This document shows positions 58,035 to 58,241 of a stretch of DNA of 58,241 nt, piece after piece (positions within the stretch are counted from its first letter, which is position 1; every line of letters starts with the position of its first letter). The translations under genes and the position numbers were made by a program. The notes beneath the pieces were generated by a model that worked only from the letters and a program-made list of their open reading frames with translations, had not been told where the DNA came from and searched no databases. Source of the stretch: a virus (Duplodnaviria; Caudoviricetes); the IMG/VR virus record IMGVR_UViG_3300046167_000364, positions 1 to 58,241 of that record. One strand, written 5' to 3'.

Positions 58035-58145
58035 AGGATTTGGGTTGGAGCTGATCGGTTAGGAATTGGGGGTTATGGTTTATGGCTTATTGGGTGCTTC
58101 CCTCATTCTCACCTTTCTCACTCTACCTTTCATATTGCGAATGTA

Positions 58146-58190
58146 TTGGCATAGTCCGTGCCACAATCTTTTGGCATACCGAGTGCCAAT
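58146..58190. repeat. Tandem palindromic operator-like sites
   Basis: TTGGCATAgtccGTGCCA and TTGGCATAccgaGTGCCA. Confidence 0.6.
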
Positions 58191-58241
58191 TGTTGGGATT
58201 TTTTTGGGGGCGGGGGGGGGTATATGCAAACATGGCTGACG

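Larger units (their letters stand above)
33310..58241. mobile_element. Phage genome unit B (diverged relative of A, partial: tail fibre to early region)
   Basis: Syntenic with 1-24.7 kb; tail adaptor/nozzle near-identical, other modules replaced. Confidence 0.9.

Noticed and set aside
58146-58190. Sigma54 promoter
   Set aside because: TGGCA is followed by TGCCA in palindromic form, not the TGGCAC-N5-TTGC spacing.

Overview
The window is entirely tailed-phage DNA with podovirus-type gene order and no recognisable host genes. It holds two related but different genomes joined head to tail. Unit A (1-33309) is a full circularly permuted gene set: tail fibre, exported-protein cassette, holin, giant acidic repeat protein, tail adaptor/nozzle, three ejection proteins, NinG/NinB, AAA replication ATPase, ERF, SSB-like, small early genes with ArdC, then terS, M15 peptidase, terL, portal, scaffold and capsid. 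At 33310 the sequence re-enters the same tail fibre gene (bases 1-216 = 33310-33525). It continues as a diverged relative, unit B, up to the position equivalent to about 24.7 kb of A. The head module occurs once, and B carries four +1 insertions that look like sequencing errors, so an assembly chimera is the default reading. Comparing the two units gives the main leads: (1) a swappable cassette of signal-peptide proteins plus an inner-membrane coiled coil, which in B adds pilin-like and chaperone-like genes; (2) about 0.8 kb of heavily base-paired non-coding DNA with DNA-type mini-hairpin loops beside the early genes; (3) an inverted 9-bp iteron array next to a helicase-only replication gene, with a second array upstream of terS; (4) a hyper-acidic repeat protein of variable repeat number; (5) apparent genome-wide GCWGC avoidance. 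All family names are from motif recognition by eye; no searches were run.
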